Assembly: GCA_963791605.1 (NCBI GenBank)
Contig: CAWBTB010000002.1
Coordinates: 108,887-172,886 of the forward strand
Source: an uncultured Actinomycetota bacterium
Lineage (GTDB): Bacteria > Actinomycetota > Actinomycetes > Actinomycetales > Microbacteriaceae
Length of the DNA: 64,000 nucleotides
Direction: 5' to 3'
The stretch's first letter is position 1. Each line of letters begins with the position of its first letter. The notes beneath the pieces were generated by a model. It saw only the letters and a program-made list of their open reading frames with translations, was not told the origin of the DNA and made no database searches. The translations under genes and the position numbers were made by a program. Positions 50,956 to 63,000 of the stretch are shown one piece after another.

Positions 50956-52443
50956 ATGGTGTCGACTCTCAGTGACCTCGCCCAGGCTCAGGGCTGCCTC
51001 GCCGACGAGGACGTCGAATGGCTGCATCGGCTTGCGGGCGACGGGCAGCTGCTGGCCGATCTGGCCTCCGCCGACATCGTGATCTGGATCGCGACGGCGG
51101 ACGGATCCTTCGTCGCGGTCGCGCACACCCGCCCGAGCGGCGCCGCGACCCTCTTCTACCGCGACATCGTGGGCGACCGGGTGCGGCCGCAGTGGCGCAC
51201 GCAGGTGCAGGGCGCGTTCACCGAGGCCAGGATCGTCGACTCCGCGAACCCGGACTGGTTCGAGGAGACCCCGACCAGGGTCAGGGCGGTGCCGATCGTG
51301 CGCGCCCGTTCCAGGGACGGCGGAACCGCGCAGCCGATCGGCGTGCTCACCCGGCACACGAACCTCGGCGAGGCGCGCACGCCCTCGCGTCAGCAGATCA
51401 CCTTCAACGAGGCCGCCGACGATCTGTTCGGCATGATCGCCGGCGGCGAGTTCCCGGACCCGTCCGCCCCCACCTCGCCGCGCCGCGGCGCGCCGCGCGC
51501 CTCCGACGGCCTGATCCGGATCGACGTCGACGGGATCGTCACGTTCGCGAGCCCGAACGCCCTCTCCGCGTTCAACCGGATGGGCTTCGACGAAGAGCTG
51601 GAGGGGGAGTCGCTGGTCGAGGTGACCACGCGGATCGTGCCGCCCGCGCGCCAGGTCGACGAGTCGCTGCCCGTGGTCGTGACCGGGCGGGCGCCGTGGC
51701 GCACGGACGTGGAGGCGCGCGGCGTGACCGTCTCGCTGCGCGCGATCCCGCTCAAGGACCACGGCAACCGGATCGGCGCGATCGTGCTGTGCCGCGACGT
51801 GTCCGAGCTGCGGCACCAGGAGCAGGAGCTCATCACCAAGGACGCCACGATCCGGGAGATCCACCACCGGGTCAAGAACAACCTGCAGACGGTGGCGTCG
51901 CTGCTGCGGATCCAGGCGCGCCGGACGCACTCGGAGGAGGCGCGCGACGCGCTCACGCAGGCGATGCGCCGGGTCGAGTCGATCGCGGTCGTGCACGACA
52001 CCCTCGCCGGGGGACTTGCGCAGAAGGTCGACTTCGACGAGGTGTTCGCCCGCGTGCTCAAGCTCGTCGCCGAGGTCGCCTCGGCGCCGAACACCCGGGC
52101 GCGCACCCAGTCGACAGGACGCTTCGGCGTGCTGCCGAGCGAGTACGCCACGCCGCTCGCGCTCGCCCTCACCGAAGTCGTCACCAATGCGGTGGAGCAC
52201 GGCCTGGCAGGGCAGGAGGGCCTGGTCACGATCGAGGCGCAGCGCACGGACGAGAACCTGCGCGTGATCGTCAGCGACACCGGGCACGGGCTTCCGGAGG
52301 GAAGGATCGGCCAGGGCCTCGGCACTCAGATCATCCGCACGCTCATCCAGGGCGAGCTCGGCGGGACGATCGTCTGGCAGGGCGCGGAAGGCGAGGGCAC
52401 CGTGGTGACCATCGACATCCCGATGCGCTGGATGAAGGGCTGA
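50956..52443 (+). CDS. pdtaS: Cytoplasmic sensor histidine kinase PdtaS-like
   Basis: QLLADLA.AD, RP.GAAT, KDATIREIHHRVKNNLQTVASLLR, NAVEHG. Confidence 0.88.
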   Translation: MVSTLSDLAQAQGCLADEDVEWLHRLAGDGQLLADLASADIVIWIATADGSFVAVAHTRPSGAATLFYRDIVGDRVRPQWRTQVQGAFTEARIVDSANPDWFEETPTRVRAVPIVRARSRDGGTAQPIGVLTRHTNLGEARTPSRQQITFNEAADDLFGMIAGGEFPDPSAPTSPRRGAPRASDGLIRIDVDGIVTFASPNALSAFNRMGFDEELEGESLVEVTTRIVPPARQVDESLPVVVTGRAPWRTDVEARGVTVSLRAIPLKDHGNRIGAIVLCRDVSELRHQEQELITKDATIREIHHRVKNNLQTVASLLRIQARRTHSEEARDALTQAMRRVESIAVVHDTLAGGLAQKVDFDEVFARVLKLVAEVASAPNTRARTQSTGRFGVLPSEYATPLALALTEVVTNAVEHGLAGQEGLVTIEAQRTDENLRVIVSDTGHGLPEGRIGQGLGTQIIRTLIQGELGGTIVWQGAEGEGTVVTIDIPMRWMKG

Positions 52444-52459
52444 CGCGAGCCGGCGCGGC

Positions 52460-52708
52460 TCAGCCGGCGCGGCGCGCGCGGGCGGCGCGGCGCTTCAGGG
52501 CGCGGCGCTCATCCTCGCTCAGCCCGCCCCAGACGCCGGAGTCCTGGCTGGTCTCGAGCGCGTACTGCAGGCAGACCTCGGTGACGGTGCACCGGGCGCA
52601 CACGGCTTTCGCCTTCTCGATCTGATCGACGGCCGGACCGGTGTTCCCGACGGGGAAGAACAACTCGGGGTCGACGGTGAGACAGGCGGCCTTGTCGCGC
52701 CAATCCAT
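52460..52708 (-). CDS. whiB1: WhiB1/WblE Fe-S transcriptional regulator
   Basis: MDWRDKAACL..DPELFFPVGNTGPA..QIEKAKAVC..C.V...CLQYAL...QDSGVWGGLSEDERRALKRR. Confidence 0.95.
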   Translation of the reverse strand: MDWRDKAACLTVDPELFFPVGNTGPAVDQIEKAKAVCARCTVTEVCLQYALETSQDSGVWGGLSEDERRALKRRAARARRAG

Positions 52709-52955
52709 GGGGGCTCCTCATGTGGAAATGTCGTGAGCACGCAGAACCTGCGTGCTCGTGATTCAGGGCGGCGTTCGGGGGTCGTCGTCCTCGGTGATGC
52801 GAGCAGATGCTCGCCCCACGCCGCTGTGGGAGCACATGGCTGTCATCTATTCTCGTACATGAAACGTCTTGTTTCAAGGGTTTTCTGCACTGCAGGTGAA
52901 TCAGTGCCGTACACCGCCGTGAACCGCCGTCCGGACGAGTGACCAGGAGCAAGCC

Positions 52956-53354
52956 ATGCGCGTGTCGAGAATGACCATCGCGGCGGCGGCCGTGCTCGCC
53001 GTGGAGGCGGCCGCCCTCCTGGTGATCGCGCTGATCGAGATGTTCGGCCTGGGTTCCGGTGATGCGTCGTCGCTGCCGTCGGCCGTGGCCCTGATCGTGC
53101 TGACCGCGATCGGCGCGGTCGGGCTCGGCGCGCTCGCGTTCGCGGTGCTGCGCGGACGCTCGCTCGGGCGCAGCGGCGGCCTGGTCGTGCAGATCCTCGC
53201 GATCCTGGTCGCGCTCAGCGCGCTCGGCGTGCGGCCGCTGCCCCTGCTCTTCGTGCTCTCGCTGGCGATCCCCGGCACGATCGGCGCCGTGCTGCTGTTC
53301 CTGCTGGCGCGGCGCGAGGGCATCGCGGAGCGCCGGCGCACGGACGCCGAGTGA
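52956..53354 (+). CDS. Small 4-TM membrane protein
   Basis: 132 aa hydrophobic ORF with AGGAG RBS. Confidence 0.75.
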   Translation: MRVSRMTIAAAAVLAVEAAALLVIALIEMFGLGSGDASSLPSAVALIVLTAIGAVGLGALAFAVLRGRSLGRSGGLVVQILAILVALSALGVRPLPLLFVLSLAIPGTIGAVLLFLLARREGIAERRRTDAE

Positions 53355-53360
53355 CGGTCC

Positions 53361-53837
53361 TCAGGCCGCGAGGCCGAGGATCTTGCGGATCCGCGCCACG
53401 TGGCCGGTGGCCTTGACGTTGTAGAGGGCCTGCTCGACGACGCCGTCCTCGTCGATGATGAAGGTCGAGCGGATCACGCCCTGGATGACCTTCCCGTAGT
53501 TCTTCTTCTCGCCCCACACGCCGTACGCGGTGTGCGCGGCGAGGTCCGGGTCGCTCAGCAGCGGGAAGGCGAGCCCGTCGCGCTCGGCGAACTGCTTCAG
53601 CTTCGCCGGCTCGTCCCGCGAGACGCCGAGCACCGTGTACCCCGCTCCCTGCAGCGAGGACAGGCTGTCCCGGAAGTCGCAGGCCTCGGTGGTGCAGCCC
53701 GGGGTCATCGCCGCCGGGTAGAAGTACAGGATCACCTTCGTGCCGCGCTGGTCCCGCAGGGAGACGGTGTTGCCGTCCTGGTCCCTGAGGGCGAAGTCGG
53801 GGGCGGGGGTACCGGGTTCGAGGCGCTGCGCAGTCAC
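53361..53837 (-). CDS. bcp: Peroxiredoxin Bcp
   Basis: ILYFYPAAMTPGCTTEACDFRD, FPLLSDP, RSTFII. Confidence 0.95.
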   Translation of the reverse strand: MTAQRLEPGTPAPDFALRDQDGNTVSLRDQRGTKVILYFYPAAMTPGCTTEACDFRDSLSSLQGAGYTVLGVSRDEPAKLKQFAERDGLAFPLLSDPDLAAHTAYGVWGEKKNYGKVIQGVIRSTFIIDEDGVVEQALYNVKATGHVARIRKILGLAA

Positions 53838-53874
53838 CCGTCCAGGGTACCGGGAGCGGCCGGGCCGGATCCGC

Positions 53875-54942
53875 TCAGAGCTTGTCGGCGAACGTCGCGA
53901 GCAGCCGCTGCAGGGACTCCAGCCGGGACAGCCCCGCCTCGCCGAGCTCGCCGGCGGCTGCGGCCTCGTTGAGCGCGCAGTCCTCGGCGTCGGCGCGGTG
54001 CGTGCATCCGCGCGGGCAGTCCTCGGCGATCGCGGCGAGTTCGGTGAACGCGGCGAGGATGTTCTCCGGTCGCACGTGCCCCAGACCGAACGACCGCACC
54101 CCGGGAGTGTCGATCACCCAGCCGGTGCCCGCAGGCGACACGTAGCGCAGAGACACCGTGGAGGAGGACGTGTGCCTGCCGCGCCCGGTGACCTCGTTCA
54201 CGTGGCCGGTGGCGCGCCCCGCGCTGGGCACGAGCGCGTTCACGAGCGTGGACTTGCCGACGCCGGAATGCCCGACGAAGACCGTGGAATGCCCGATCAG
54301 CGCGGCGCCGATCTCGTCCACCGGCATGCCGCCCTGCCCTCCGGACGAGTCCTGCGCGCTCGTGAAGACCCGCAGGTCCAGGCCCTCGAAGTGCTTCAGG
54401 AACTCGTGCGGATCCGCCAGGTCGGTCTTGGTCACCACGAGCAGCGGGCGGATCCCGGCGTCCAGCGCGGCGACCAGGTAGCGATCGACCAGGCGCTCGC
54501 GCGGCTCGGGGTCGGCGGCCGCGACGACGATGAGCATCTGGTCCGCGTTCGCGACGATGACCCGCTCGACCTGATCCGTGTCGTCGGCGCTGCGGCGCAG
54601 CAGCGAGGTGCGCTCGACGATCCCGATGATGCGGGCGAGCGTGCCCTCGTCGCCCGTGGTGTCGCCGACCACGCGGGCGGCGTCGCCGGTCACGATCGGC
54701 ATCCGGCGCAGTTCGCGCGCGCGCGTGGTGCTGATCGTGCGCTCGTCGTCGGTGCCCTCGCCGAGCAGCACGGTGTAGCGTCCCCGGTCGACGCCGAGCA
54801 CCCGGCCGATCTCGGCGTCGGCATGCGCGGGGCGGCGCTTGGTGCGCGGGCGGTTCGCCTTCGGGTTCGGGCGCGACCGGATCTGGGACTCGTCGAATTC
54901 GTCGAGCTCGTCGTCGTCCTCGTCGTCGTCGAGCCAGCTCAC
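53875..54942 (-). CDS. rsgA: Ribosome small subunit-dependent GTPase RsgA
   Basis: VANADQ, TKTDL, GHSGVGKSTLVN, GRGRHT, IDTPGVRSFG, CPRGCTH. Confidence 0.93.
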   Translation of the reverse strand: MSWLDDDEDDDELDEFDESQIRSRPNPKANRPRTKRRPAHADAEIGRVLGVDRGRYTVLLGEGTDDERTISTTRARELRRMPIVTGDAARVVGDTTGDEGTLARIIGIVERTSLLRRSADDTDQVERVIVANADQMLIVVAAADPEPRERLVDRYLVAALDAGIRPLLVVTKTDLADPHEFLKHFEGLDLRVFTSAQDSSGGQGGMPVDEIGAALIGHSTVFVGHSGVGKSTLVNALVPSAGRATGHVNEVTGRGRHTSSSTVSLRYVSPAGTGWVIDTPGVRSFGLGHVRPENILAAFTELAAIAEDCPRGCTHRADAEDCALNEAAAAGELGEAGLSRLESLQRLLATFADKL

Positions 54943-56327
54943 GCGGTCGCGCTCCCCGGGACCGCGGCCGCCGTGGTGCCCGCCCCGGCGAGCATGCGCT
55001 CCCACAGCAGGGTGAATTCGGGCAGCGTCTTCGCGGTCGTGCCGATCTCGTCGATCTCGACCCCGGGCACGCGCAGCCCGACCAGGGCACCGGTCGTGGC
55101 CATGCGGTGGTCGTGGTGCGCCGGCCACTCGCCGCCGTGCAGCGGAACGGGCACGATCCGGATCCCGTCGGCGAGTTCCTGCACATCGCCGCCGAGGGCG
55201 CGCAGGTTGCCGGCCAGCGCCGCGATCCGGTCCGTCTCGTGCAGCCGGATGTGACCGATGCCGGTGAGGGTGGTGGGGCCGTCGGCGAGCGCGGCGAGTC
55301 CCACGAATGTGGGGGCGAGTTCGCCTGCCGCGGAGAGATCGAGCTCCGCGCCGCGGACGGTGCCGGTGCCGCGGACCGTCAGGACGTCGCCGACCTGCAC
55401 GGTCTCGGCGCCGAGTGCGGAGAGCAGACCGGGCAGCAGTGCGCCCGGCTGGGTGGAGCGGGCGGGCCAGCCGCCGATCGACACCTGGCCGCCGGTGACG
55501 AGCGCGGCGGCCAGGAACGGGGCGGCATTCGACAGGTCGGGCTCGATCGCGGTCTCCAGCGCGCGCGGCGCGCCGGCCTCGACCACCCACTCGCCGGCGG
55601 CGGGGCGCTGCACCTTGATCCCGCGCCGGGTGAGCGCCTCCACGGTCATGTCGATGTGCGGCATGCTCGGCAGCCGGTCGCCCGTGTGCACCAGGTGCAG
55701 GCCCACATCGAAGCGGGGAGCGGCGAGGAGCAGGCCGGACACGAACTGGCTGGAGGCCGAGGCGTCGATCTCGATCCGGCCGCCGCGGATGTGCCCGAGC
55801 CCCCGGATCGTGAACGGCAGCGACCAGCTTCCGCCATCCTCGACGTCGATGCCGAGGTCGCGCAGGGCGTGGATCATCGCGCCCATCGGACGGTGCAGCG
55901 CCGTCTCGTGCGCGGTGAGCAGCACGTCGCCGCGGGTGAGGCCCGCCAGCGGCGCGATGAAGCGCATCACGGTGCCGGCCTGACCGCAGTCGATGGTGCG
56001 GGTCGGCTGCGGGGTCCCGGCCCCGTACGGGACGCGGCCGCGCAGCGGGCCGGGCGTGATCAGCAGATCGGGGCCGAACGCGCCCGACCCCGGCTGCTCC
56101 TGCACGCCGACGCCGAGAGTGCGCAGCGCATCGATCATGCGCGCCGAATCGTCGGAGTGCAGGGGAGCGGCGACCAGACCGGGACCGTCCGCGATCGCCG
56201 CGAGGACGAGTTCCCGATTCGTGAGCGATTTGGATCCCGGCACCCGCAGTTCGGCGCGCAGCGCACCGGCGGAGACGGGTGCGGACCAGCGTCCGCGCGG
56301 CGCGGGGGAATAGGTCGAGTCGCTCAT
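54939..56327 (-). CDS. aroA: EPSP synthase
   Basis: VPGSKSLTNR, DCGQAGTVMRF, ASASSQFVSGLLL, IEPDLSNA, HETDR, DHRMA. Confidence 0.96.
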   Translation of the reverse strand: MSDSTYSPAPRGRWSAPVSAGALRAELRVPGSKSLTNRELVLAAIADGPGLVAAPLHSDDSARMIDALRTLGVGVQEQPGSGAFGPDLLITPGPLRGRVPYGAGTPQPTRTIDCGQAGTVMRFIAPLAGLTRGDVLLTAHETALHRPMGAMIHALRDLGIDVEDGGSWSLPFTIRGLGHIRGGRIEIDASASSQFVSGLLLAAPRFDVGLHLVHTGDRLPSMPHIDMTVEALTRRGIKVQRPAAGEWVVEAGAPRALETAIEPDLSNAAPFLAAALVTGGQVSIGGWPARSTQPGALLPGLLSALGAETVQVGDVLTVRGTGTVRGAELDLSAAGELAPTFVGLAALADGPTTLTGIGHIRLHETDRIAALAGNLRALGGDVQELADGIRIVPVPLHGGEWPAHHDHRMATTGALVGLRVPGVEIDEIGTTAKTLPEFTLLWERMLAGAGTTAAAVPGSATA

Positions 56328-56332
56328 CGGTT
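56307..56332 (+). promoter_or_regulatory. SigH/SigR-dependent promoter upstream of sigH
   Basis: GGAAT (56307-56311), 18 nt, GTT (56330-56332). Confidence 0.7.
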
Positions 56333-56390
56333 CCTACCCTACTGAAGGCCCCCGTCCCGGGGACCGCGGAGATGACACGAGGGAAGGCTC

Positions 56391-57068
56391 ATGCTGGCCA
56401 CGCTGGAGCGGGTGCCGGTCGACGTCTTCGGCCTAGACTGGCTGGCGATGAACGATCAGGCATCGATGAACGCACAGCCGGACGCGGAGCCCGTCTCGGC
56501 GCGTCGCGAGTTCGAGGAGCAGGCGATCCCGTACATGGATCAGCTCTACGCTGCGGCCATGCGCATGACGCGCAACCCGGCCGACGCCGCCGATCTCGTG
56601 CAGGAGACGTTCGTGAAGGCGTACGCCTCCTGGGCGAGCTTCACGCAGGGCACGAACCTCAAGGCGTGGCTGTACCGGATCCTCACGAACACCTACATCA
56701 ACATCTATCGCAAGCGCCAGCGCGAGCCGTATCAGGGCACGATCGACGAACTCGAGGACTGGCAGCTCGGCGGCGCCGAGTCGACCACGGCCTCGCACAG
56801 CCGATCCGCCGAGGCCGAGGCGATCGACCGGATGCCGGCGTCCGTCGTCAAGGAGGCGCTGCAGGCGGTGCCGGAGGACTTCCGGCTCGCGGTGTACCTT
56901 GCCGACGTCGAGGGGTTCGCCTATCAGGAGATCGCCGACATCATGAAGACCCCCATCGGCACCGTCATGAGCCGCCTGCACCGCGGGCGCCGCATGCTCC
57001 GGGAGCTGCTGGCGGACTACGCCGCGGAGCGGGGCATCTCCACGGCCGGCACGAGGAGCACGAAATGA
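56391..57068 (+). CDS. sigH: ECF sigma factor SigH/SigR (alternative start at 56448)
   Basis: [56 protein letters not shown]. Confidence 0.93.
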   Translation: MLATLERVPVDVFGLDWLAMNDQASMNAQPDAEPVSARREFEEQAIPYMDQLYAAAMRMTRNPADAADLVQETFVKAYASWASFTQGTNLKAWLYRILTNTYINIYRKRQREPYQGTIDELEDWQLGGAESTTASHSRSAEAEAIDRMPASVVKEALQAVPEDFRLAVYLADVEGFAYQEIADIMKTPIGTVMSRLHRGRRMLRELLADYAAERGISTAGTRSTK

Positions 57069-57310
57069 CCGACTGCGGATGCGCCAAGGCGCGGCAGGAT
57101 CTGGAGGAGTACCTCCGCAACGAGATGTGCAAGACCGAGCACGCCGACATCCGTGAGCACCTGGCGGGTTGCCTGTCCTGTGCGGAGGAGGCCCTGGTCG
57201 CGACGACGCTGACCGAGGTCGTTTCGCGGGCGTGCAAGGAGACCGCACCGGAGGAGCTCCGGGACCAGGTGCTGGCGCGGTTGCGCACCGTGCAGGCCGG
57301 CGCGCACTGA
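57065..57310 (+). CDS. rshA: Zinc-binding anti-sigma factor RshA/RsrA
   Basis: MTDCGC...EHLAGCLSC (HxxxCxxC), coupled to sigH. Confidence 0.9.
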   Translation: MTDCGCAKARQDLEEYLRNEMCKTEHADIREHLAGCLSCAEEALVATTLTEVVSRACKETAPEELRDQVLARLRTVQAGAH

Positions 57311-57368
57311 CGCGGCGCCCGCGCACCCACGACGCCGCATGGTCCGCGGGCGTCGCTAGGGTGGGGGA

Positions 57369-58676
57369 ATGGTCTTGCTCGACGCCCGTGACGTCCCCGT
57401 GGATCCGCTCTCGCTCGAGCGGTTGCGCGGATCCGGCCTCGACTACCGGATCGTGGACATGACGGATCCGGCCGCCGCGCGGGGGTTCGCGCGTGCGGAC
57501 GCGCGCGGGTTCCTCGATCAGGAGCCCGACGACGAGACGATCCGGCTGATGAGCGAGGCGATGGCGCAGCGCCGCAACATCGGCGTGTACGCGTCAGGGC
57601 CCGGCAGCGCGCCCGATGCGCTGCCGGTGGCGACGGTGGACTCGTGGGTGACCCCGATGACGGTGCAGGGCGGGGCGCACGTGCCGATGTGGGCGATCAG
57701 CGCGGTCACCGTCGCGGGCACCCACCGCCGTCGCGGCATCGCCCGGAACCTCCTCGAGGGCGAGCTCCGCGCCGCCGCGCAGGCGGGGGTCCCGGTCGCC
57801 GGGCTGACCGCGTCCGAGGCCACGATCTACGAGCGGTACGGGTTCGGGGCGGCCGTTCCGGTCGCGCGCATCGAGGTGGATGCGCGGCGCGCGGGCGGGA
57901 TCGCGCCGGAACCGTCCGGCATCGTCGAATACGTCGAGCGGGAGGAGCTGGCGACGGCGCTGTCGCAGGTGCACGAGCACGCCCGTGCGGCGCGCGCGGG
58001 GCAGATCCCGGGCTGGCCGCTGCGCTGGACCCGGATGGCCGGTATGACGCCGGACGATGCCAAGGGCAGGGCGGTCCGCGGGGTGCGCTACCGCGACGCG
58101 GACGGCGCGGTGCGCGGTGCGCTGGCCTGCACGCTCGACATGCGGGACTCCGAGTTCGGCGCCGACCTCGCGATCCGTCACCTCGTCGCGTCGACTCCCG
58201 AGGCGCTGCGCGCGCTGTGGGCGTTCGCGGTGAACCACGATCTGGTCCGCACGGTCCGAGCAGACCTGATCCCGCTCGACGATCCGCTGCCGTGGCTGGT
58301 TGCGGACCAGCGCGCGGTGCAGACCGTCGTGCACGACCACGGCTGGCTGCGGATCCTGGACGTGCCGGCCGCGCTCGAGGCCAGGTCCTATCGTGCGCCG
58401 CTGGATCTCGTGATCCGGGTGTCGGATCCGCTCGGGTTCGCCGAGGGCTCCTGGCGGGTGCGCATCGACGGCACCGGCACCGCGGCCGTCGAGGCGACCG
58501 GCGACGCCGCGGACATCGAACTCGGCGTGGCGGCGCTGTCCTCGCTGTATCTGGGCGGCGTGAGCGCGACGACGCTGCGCGCGGCCGGCCGGATCACCGC
58601 GACGGCGGAGTGCGCGGCCTCGTTCGATGACGCGTTCGGCAGCGCCGTGGCACCGGCGCTCACGATCTGGTATTGA
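57369..58676 (+). CDS. Eis-like GNAT acetyltransferase
   Basis: [51 protein letters not shown]2-like C-terminus. Confidence 0.88.
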   Translation: MVLLDARDVPVDPLSLERLRGSGLDYRIVDMTDPAAARGFARADARGFLDQEPDDETIRLMSEAMAQRRNIGVYASGPGSAPDALPVATVDSWVTPMTVQGGAHVPMWAISAVTVAGTHRRRGIARNLLEGELRAAAQAGVPVAGLTASEATIYERYGFGAAVPVARIEVDARRAGGIAPEPSGIVEYVEREELATALSQVHEHARAARAGQIPGWPLRWTRMAGMTPDDAKGRAVRGVRYRDADGAVRGALACTLDMRDSEFGADLAIRHLVASTPEALRALWAFAVNHDLVRTVRADLIPLDDPLPWLVADQRAVQTVVHDHGWLRILDVPAALEARSYRAPLDLVIRVSDPLGFAEGSWRVRIDGTGTAAVEATGDAADIELGVAALSSLYLGGVSATTLRAAGRITATAECAASFDDAFGSAVAPALTIWY

Positions 58677-58706
58677 ATGTCCGGACCCCTCGCTAGCGTG
58701 GGCCGC

Positions 58707-60047
58707 ATGACCGCAACCCGCCCCGTCCAGGGGGCCGACGGCACCGAAACCGGCGCCGCCGCGTCCGGCCTCGGCCTCGCCCAGGGCATCGCGCTGTACC
58801 TCGCCGCGGTGCTCGGCACCGGCCTGCTGGTGCTGCCCGGCCTGGCGAGCGCGGTGGCGGGCCCCGCGAGCCTCATCGCCGTGGCGGTGATCACGGTGCT
58901 CGCGATCCCGCTCGCCGGGGCGTTCGCGGCGCTCGCCGCACGCCATCCCGACCCCGGGGGAGTCGCCAGCTACGCCCGCCGGGCGCTCGGGCCCACCGCC
59001 GCGCGGGCGACCGGCTACTGGTTCCTGTTCGGCGTCGCAGCGGGCGGCCCGGTCGTCGCGGTGCTCGGGGCCAGGTACATCGCCGCGGCCGTCGGCATCG
59101 ACCAGGCGGGGATCCCGTGGCTCGCGCTGGGGTTCCTGGTGGCGCCGTTCATCGCCAACCTGTTCGGCGTCCGGCTCACCGGGTGGCTGCAGCTGGTCCT
59201 CACCGGACTCCTGATCGCGATCGTGGTGGTGGTCGTCGCGGTGTCCGCACCCGCCGTCCGCACGGAGAACTTCACGCCCTTCCTGCCGCACGGCTGGGGC
59301 GGCGTCGGCACCGCGATCGTGATGTTCGTCTGGGCCTTCGCCGGCTGGGAGGTGGGCACGCACATCTCCGGGGAGTTCGCCCGGCCCCGCCGGGTGATCC
59401 CGCTCGCGACAGCCATCACCCTGGTCCTCGCGGGCGCCTGCTACCTGGTGCTGCAGATCGTCACCGTCGGCGCGCTGGGGGAACGCGCGGGCCGCGGCGA
59501 CGTCGTGCTGCTCGATCTCGCCGAGGCCGGCGGCGTGCGCGCGGCGCCGACTCTCGTGGGGGTGGTGTCGGCGGTGGTCGCGCTGGGCGTGCTCAACGTC
59601 TACCTCGCCGCGTTCGGCAAGCTGGGTGCGTCGCTCGCCGAGAACGGCGATCTTCCGCGCTGGTTCGCGAAGGGCGTCGCGTCCGGGGCGGTGCCGCGGC
59701 GCGCCCTGCTGCTGTCGATCGCGCTGGTGCTCGGCTACTTCGGCGCGGCGTGGCTGACGGGCTTCGATCTGCAGCCCTTCATCCTCATCCACACGGCGAG
59801 CATGGTGGCCGTCTACACGATCGGCATGATCGCCGCGATCCGGATCCTGCCGCGGCGGACCGCGGGGTGGTGGATGGCCGTGATCGCCTCCGTCTGCACG
59901 ATCGGACTGCTGCTGCTTGCGGGAATCGCGCTCCTGGTCCCGGCCGCGGTGGCGGTCGTCGCGATCGGCGTCACAGCCGTGCGGCGCACGCGACGACGCG
60001 GTGCCCCCGAGGCCGGGAACACCGCGTCGGCCGGCGAAGCGGGCTAG
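58707..60047 (+). CDS. APC-family amino acid permease (YjeH-like)
   Basis: [25 protein letters not shown], about 12 TMs. Confidence 0.85.
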   Translation: MTATRPVQGADGTETGAAASGLGLAQGIALYLAAVLGTGLLVLPGLASAVAGPASLIAVAVITVLAIPLAGAFAALAARHPDPGGVASYARRALGPTAARATGYWFLFGVAAGGPVVAVLGARYIAAAVGIDQAGIPWLALGFLVAPFIANLFGVRLTGWLQLVLTGLLIAIVVVVVAVSAPAVRTENFTPFLPHGWGGVGTAIVMFVWAFAGWEVGTHISGEFARPRRVIPLATAITLVLAGACYLVLQIVTVGALGERAGRGDVVLLDLAEAGGVRAAPTLVGVVSAVVALGVLNVYLAAFGKLGASLAENGDLPRWFAKGVASGAVPRRALLLSIALVLGYFGAAWLTGFDLQPFILIHTASMVAVYTIGMIAAIRILPRRTAGWWMAVIASVCTIGLLLLAGIALLVPAAVAVVAIGVTAVRRTRRRGAPEAGNTASAGEAG

Positions 60048-63000
60048 AGCGTCAGCGCCCGCCCGAGCAGGTCGGCCTGCTCCGCGGCGTGCACCTTCGA
60101 GGATCCGGTGGACGGGGCCGCCGACGCCGGGCGGGCGATGGGGCGGACGGTGCGCGGGCCGGGAACGGTCAGGAAGTGCAGGGCGAGGAACGGCCAGGCG
60201 CCCTGGTTCTCCGGCTCCTCCTGCACCCACACGAGCTCCGCGTTCGGGTACGTGTCGGCGACCGTCTTGAGCGCGCGCAGCGGCACCGGGTAGAGCTGCT
60301 CGACGCGCACCAGGGCGATCTCCGGGTTCGGGTTCTTCTCCAGCTCCGCGACCAGATCCCAGTGCACCTTGCCGGAGTGGAAGAGCACGCGCTTGACCGC
60401 GGAGCGATCCAGAGCCCGGTCGTCGTCGATGACCGGCTCGAACCGGCCCTGGGTGAAGTCCTCGACCGGGCTGGTCGCGCCGCGCAGGCGCAGCATCGCC
60501 TTCGGGGTGAACACGATCAGGGGCCGGCGCGGACGCGCATACGCCTGACGACGCAGCAGGTGGAAGTAGCTCGCCGGGGTGGACGGCCGCGCCACGGTCA
60601 TGTTGTCCTGCGCGCACAACTGCAGGAACCGCTCGATGCGCGCGGAGGAGTGGTCCGGCCCCTGGCCCTCGTAGCCGTGCGGCAGCAGCAGCGTGACGCT
60701 CGACTGCTGGCCCCACTTCTGCTCGGCCGCGGAGATGTATTCGTCGATGACCGATTGCGCGCCGTTCACGAAGTCGCCGAACTGCGCCTCCCACAGCACC
60801 AGGGCCTCGGGACGCTCCACCGAATAGCCGTACTCGAAGCCGAGGGCGGCGTACTCGCTCAGCAGCGAGTCGTAGACGAAGAAGCGGGCCTGGCTGTCGG
60901 ACAGGTTCGAGAGCGGCAGCCACTCCTGGCCGTTCTCGCGGTCGTGCAGCACGGCATGGCGCTGCACGAACGTGCCGCGGCGCGAATCCTGGCCGGCGAG
61001 GCGCACCGGGGTGCCTTCGACCAGCAGCGAGCCGAACGCGAGCAGCTCGCCGAAGCCCCAGTCGATCCCGCCGTTGCGGCTCATCTCGCGGCGCTTGTCC
61101 ATCGCCTGCTGCAGCTTCGGGTGCACGGTGAAGCCGTCCGGCTTGTTGGCGTGCGCGTCGCCGATCAGGTGCACGACCTCGAGCGGCACGCCGGTGACCT
61201 CGGGGGAGCCGATCTGGTCGTCCACGGGGGCGAGGTCGGGGGCGATCGGCGTGGCACCGGTCGCGGCCGCGTGCGTCTCGGCGAACGCGATCTCCAGACG
61301 GTTCTGGAAGTCCGCCTTGGCCTGGTCGTACTCCTCCTGGGTGATGTCGCCGCGGCCGACGAGCGAGTCGGTGTACAGGCTGCGCACGGACCGCTTCGCC
61401 TGGATGAGGTCGGTCATCTGCGGCTGCGTCATCGACGGGTCGTCGCCCTCGTTGTGTCCGCGGCGGCGGTAGCACACGAGGTCGATCACGATGTCGCGGT
61501 GGAAGCGCTCGCGGTATTCGAAGGCGAGCTGGGCGACGTGCACCACGGCCTCGGGATCGTCGCCGTTCACGTGCAGGATCGGGGCCTGGATCGTCTTGGC
61601 GACGTCGGTCGCGTACACCGAGGTGCGCGAGTCGTTGGGCAGGGTCGTGAAGCCGACCTGGTTGTTCACCACCACATGGATCGTGCCGCCGGTGCGGTAG
61701 CCGCGCAGCTGCGACATCTGCAGCGTCTCCACGACGACGCCCTGGCCGGCGAAGGCCGCGTCGCCGTGCACGAGGATGGGCAGCCAGGTGAACGTGGCGA
61801 TCGGCTTGCGGTCCTGCTTGGCGCGGGCGATGCCCTCGAGCACGCCGTCCACGGTCTCGAGGTGCGAGGGGTTCGCGGCGAGGAGGATGGGCAGCTCGAC
61901 CCCGTCGTCGGCGACGAAGGTGCCCTCCTTGCCCAGGTGGTATTTCACGTCGCCGGACCCGCGCTGGTTGCCGGGGAGGGTGGATCCCTCGAACTCCCGG
62001 AACACCTGTCCGTACGTCTTGCCGGCGATGTTGGCGAGCACGTTCAGCCGGCCGCGGTGCGCCATGCCGATCGCGGCGCCGTCCAGGCCCGCGCCGGCGG
62101 CGCCCTGCAGGATCTCGTCCAGCAGCGGGACCAGCGACTCGGCGCCCTCGAGCGAGAAGCGCTTCTGGCCGACGTACTTGGTCTGCAGGAACGTCTCGAA
62201 GGCCTCGGCCTCGTTCAGCTTGCTCAGCACGCGCAGCTGCTCGTCGTGGCCCGGCTTGACGTACTTGACCTCGACCTTCTCCTGGAACCATGCGCGCTGC
62301 TCGGGATCCTGGATGTGCATGTACTCGATGCCGATCGTGCGGCAGTAGGAGTCGCGGAGCACGCCGAGGATGTCGCGCAGCTTGAGCTGGCGGCGTCCGC
62401 CGAAGCCGTTCGTGACGAACTCGCGATCCAGATCCCAGAAGGTCAGTCCGTGGGTCTCGATCTCGAGGTCGGGGTGCGTGCGCTGCACGTACTCGAGCGG
62501 GTCGATGTCGGCCATCAGGTGGCCGCGCACGCGGTAGGAGTTGATGAGTTCCTGCACGCGGGCGGTCTTGTCGATGCGCTCGGCGAGGTCGACCGCGATG
62601 TCGTGCGCCCAGTGGATCGGAGCGTACGGGATCCGGAGGGCCCGGAACACGTCGTCGTAGAAGTCCGCGCTGGCCGATCAGCAGCTCGTGCACCTTCTTC
62701 AGGAACTCGCCGGATCCGGCGCCCTGGATCACGCGGTGGTCGTAGGTGCTGGTGAGCGTGATCGTCTTGCCGATGCCGAGCACGTCGATCGTCTTCTGGC
62801 TGGTGCCCTGGAACTCGGCGGGGTACTCGAGGGCTCCGACGCCGATGATGCAGCCCTGGCCCTTCATCAGCCGCGGCACGGAGTGCACGGTGCCGATGCC
62901 GCCGGGGTTGGTGAGCGAGAGCGTGGTGCCCTGGAAGTCGGCCGCGGTCAGCTTGTTGCCGCGGGCGCGGACGACGAGATCCTCGTAGGCGGACAGGAAC

